From Escherichia coli (GTDB lineage Bacteria; Pseudomonadota; Gammaproteobacteria; Enterobacterales; Enterobacteriaceae): a stretch of 64,000 nt of DNA. Shown here piece after piece: positions 62,576 to 64,000 of the stretch; the stretch's first letter is position 1, and the number at the start of each line of letters is the position of its first letter. Position numbers and translations under genes: made by a program. The notes below the pieces were generated by a model. The model was given only the letters and a program-made list of their open reading frames with translations. It ran no database searches and had not been told where the DNA came from. The stretch lies in assembly GCF_003334815.1 (NCBI RefSeq), contig NZ_QOWO01000006.1. One strand, written 5' to 3'.

Positions 62576-63460
62576 ATGGAACGCGTATACAGAACAGATC
62601 TTAAGTTGCTCCGTTATTTTCTTGCCGTAGCGGAAGAGTTGCATTTTGGCCGCGCAGCAGCGCGTTTAAATATGTCTCAGCCTCCGCTCAGCATTCATAT
62701 TAAAGAGCTGGAAAATCAACTCGGCACGCAGCTTTTTATTCGCCATTCGCGCAGCGTCGTACTGACACACGCGGGCAAAATCTTGATGGAAGAATCGCGT
62801 CGATTGCTGGTGAATGCTAATAATGTATTGGCTCGGATTGAACAAATAGGTCGGGGAGAAGCAGGGCGGATTGAACTCGGCGTAGTGGGAACGGCAATGT
62901 GGGGACGGATGCGCCCGGTTATGCGGCGATTCCTCAGGGAAAATCCTAACGTTGACGTTCTTTTTCGCGAAAAGATGCCCGCGATGCAAATGGCCTTGCT
63001 GGAACGCCGCGAACTTGATGCCGGGATCTGGCGAATGGCGACAGAACCACCGACTGGTTTTACCAGCTTACGGTTGCATGAATCGGCGTTTCTGGTGGCG
63101 ATGCCTGAAGAGCATCATCTCTCATCATTTTCCACCGTCCCGCTGGAAGCGCTACGTGACGAGTATTTTGTTACAATGCCGCCCGTTTACACTGACTGGG
63201 ATTTTTTGCAGCGAGTTTGCCAGCAGGTGGGATTTTCACCGGTTGTTATTCGCGAAGTTAATGAACCGCAAACGGTACTCGCTATGGTCAGTATGGGCAT
63301 TGGTATCACATTGATAGCGGACAGCTACGCACAAATGAACTGGCCAGGTGTCATTTTCCGTCCGCTCAAACAGCGCATCCCTGCAGATTTATATATTGTT
63401 TATGAAACACAGCAGGTGACGCCCGCGATGGTTAAGCTGTTGGCTGCATTGACACAGTAG
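62576..63460 (+). CDS. xapR: LysR-family activator of xapAB (294 aa)
   Basis: Track ORF trimmed to the ATG at 62576 (MERVYRTDLKLLRYFLAVAEELHFGRAA). Confidence 0.93.
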   Translation: MERVYRTDLKLLRYFLAVAEELHFGRAAARLNMSQPPLSIHIKELENQLGTQLFIRHSRSVVLTHAGKILMEESRRLLVNANNVLARIEQIGRGEAGRIELGVVGTAMWGRMRPVMRRFLRENPNVDVLFREKMPAMQMALLERRELDAGIWRMATEPPTGFTSLRLHESAFLVAMPEEHHLSSFSTVPLEALRDEYFVTMPPVYTDWDFLQRVCQQVGFSPVVIREVNEPQTVLAMVSMGIGITLIADSYAQMNWPGVIFRPLKQRIPADLYIVYETQQVTPAMVKLLAALTQ

Positions 63461-63537
63461 GTGAGGAGACAGGAATTGCCGGAAATAGTAGTCTGCTAAG
63501 TGAAGCGCATCAGGCAATTTCGCAAATCGCAGATAGC

Positions 63538-63564
63538 AAAAAAGCGCCTTTAGGGCGCTTTTTT
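63538..63564. terminator. Bidirectional terminator downstream of xapR (copy A); an identical copy B lies at 63694-63720 next to tRNA-Lys
   Basis: AAAAAA-GCGCC-ttta-GGGCGC-TTTTTT. Confidence 0.65.
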
Positions 63565-63724
63565 ACATTGGTGGGTCGTGCAGGATGACTCGCTTCGCTC
63601 GCCCTTCGGGCCGTCGCCGCGAGCGGCTCCGTTGTTTCGCTGCGCTCAACTCAAACCTGCTGCAGGTTCGAATCTTTGAGTATCGCAGATAGTAAAAAAG
63701 CGCCTTTAGGGCGCTTTTTTACAT

Positions 63725-63800
63725 TGGTGGGTCGTGCAGGATTCGAACCTGCGACCAATTGATTAAAAGTCAACTGCTCTACCAACTGAGCTAACGACCC
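63725..63800 (-). tRNA. lysV: tRNA-Lys (anticodon UUU), 76 nt
   Basis: Reverse complement gives GGGTCGTTAGCTCAGTTGGTAGAGCAGTTGACTTTTAATCAATTGGTCGCAGGTTCGAATCCTGCACGACCCACCA. Confidence 0.95.
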
Positions 63801-63803
63801 GAG

Positions 63804-63879
63804 TGGTGGGTGATGACGGGATCGAACCGCCGACCCCCTCCTTGTAAGGGAGGTGCTCTCCCAGCTGAGCTAATCACCC
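63804..63879 (-). tRNA. valY: tRNA-Val (anticodon UAC), 76 nt
   Basis: Reverse complement gives GGGTGATTAGCTCAGCTGGGAGAGCACCTCCCTTACAAGGAGGGGGTCGGCGGTTCGATCCCGTCATCACCCACCA. Confidence 0.95.
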
Positions 63880-63935
63880 ACTTCGGTACTTCACATTTTT
63901 ACAAGAAATTTAGCTGGCGAGAAAGTGGTGGGTGA

Positions 63936-64000
63936 TGACGGGATCGAACCGCCGACCCCCTCCTTGTAAGGGAGGTGCTCTCCCAGCTGAGCTAATCACC
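63936..64000 (-). tRNA. valX: tRNA-Val (anticodon UAC), 5' end truncated by the window edge
   Basis: Same sequence as the preceding tRNA-Val up to the window end. Confidence 0.9.

Noticed and set aside
63461-64000. Prophage or genomic island integrated at tRNA-Lys
   Set aside because: There is a partial tRNA 3' duplicate, but no integrase or cargo genes in the window; only a 95-bp segment lies between the repeats. Reported as a scar or duplication finding instead.

Overview
This window reads as conserved Escherichia coli (or Shigella-like) core chromosome, not an accessory island, and I found no evidence for a novel multi-gene system. By direct reading of the six-frame translations, about 60 protein genes match well-known E. 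coli K-12 proteins in a collinear order: dapE(partial)-yffB-ypfM-acrD-narQ-aegA-nudK-ypfG-tktB-talA-maeB, then a complete 17-gene ethanolamine-utilisation (eut) microcompartment operon eutSPQTDMNEJGHABCLKR, then hemF-amiA-ypeA-yfeZYX-yfeW-murPQ-murR-ucpA-cysPUWAM-yfeS-yfeK-pdxK-crr-ptsI-ptsH-cysK-cysZ-zipA-ligA-ypeB-yfeH-yfeR-yfeN-xapAB-xapR, ending in a tRNA-Lys/tRNA-Val cluster on the minus strand. All names and products are assigned from memory of the protein sequences; no database search was run. The track's long antisense ORFs are shadows of these genes. The points worth a second look are small: (1) the eutA-eutB junction is intact, whereas K-12 MG1655 carries the CPZ-55 prophage there; (2) a 61-bp direct repeat containing the 3' end of tRNA-Lys flanks a 95-bp GC-rich segment; (3) an unlisted 52-codon hydrophobic ORF sits between xapB and xapR; (4) two inverted ~120-bp REP/BIME copies bracket the mur-cys block; (5) the yfeX terminator hairpin is duplicated either side of a BIME; (6) an AT-rich uncharacterised yfeS-yfeK pair lies between cysM and pdxK.
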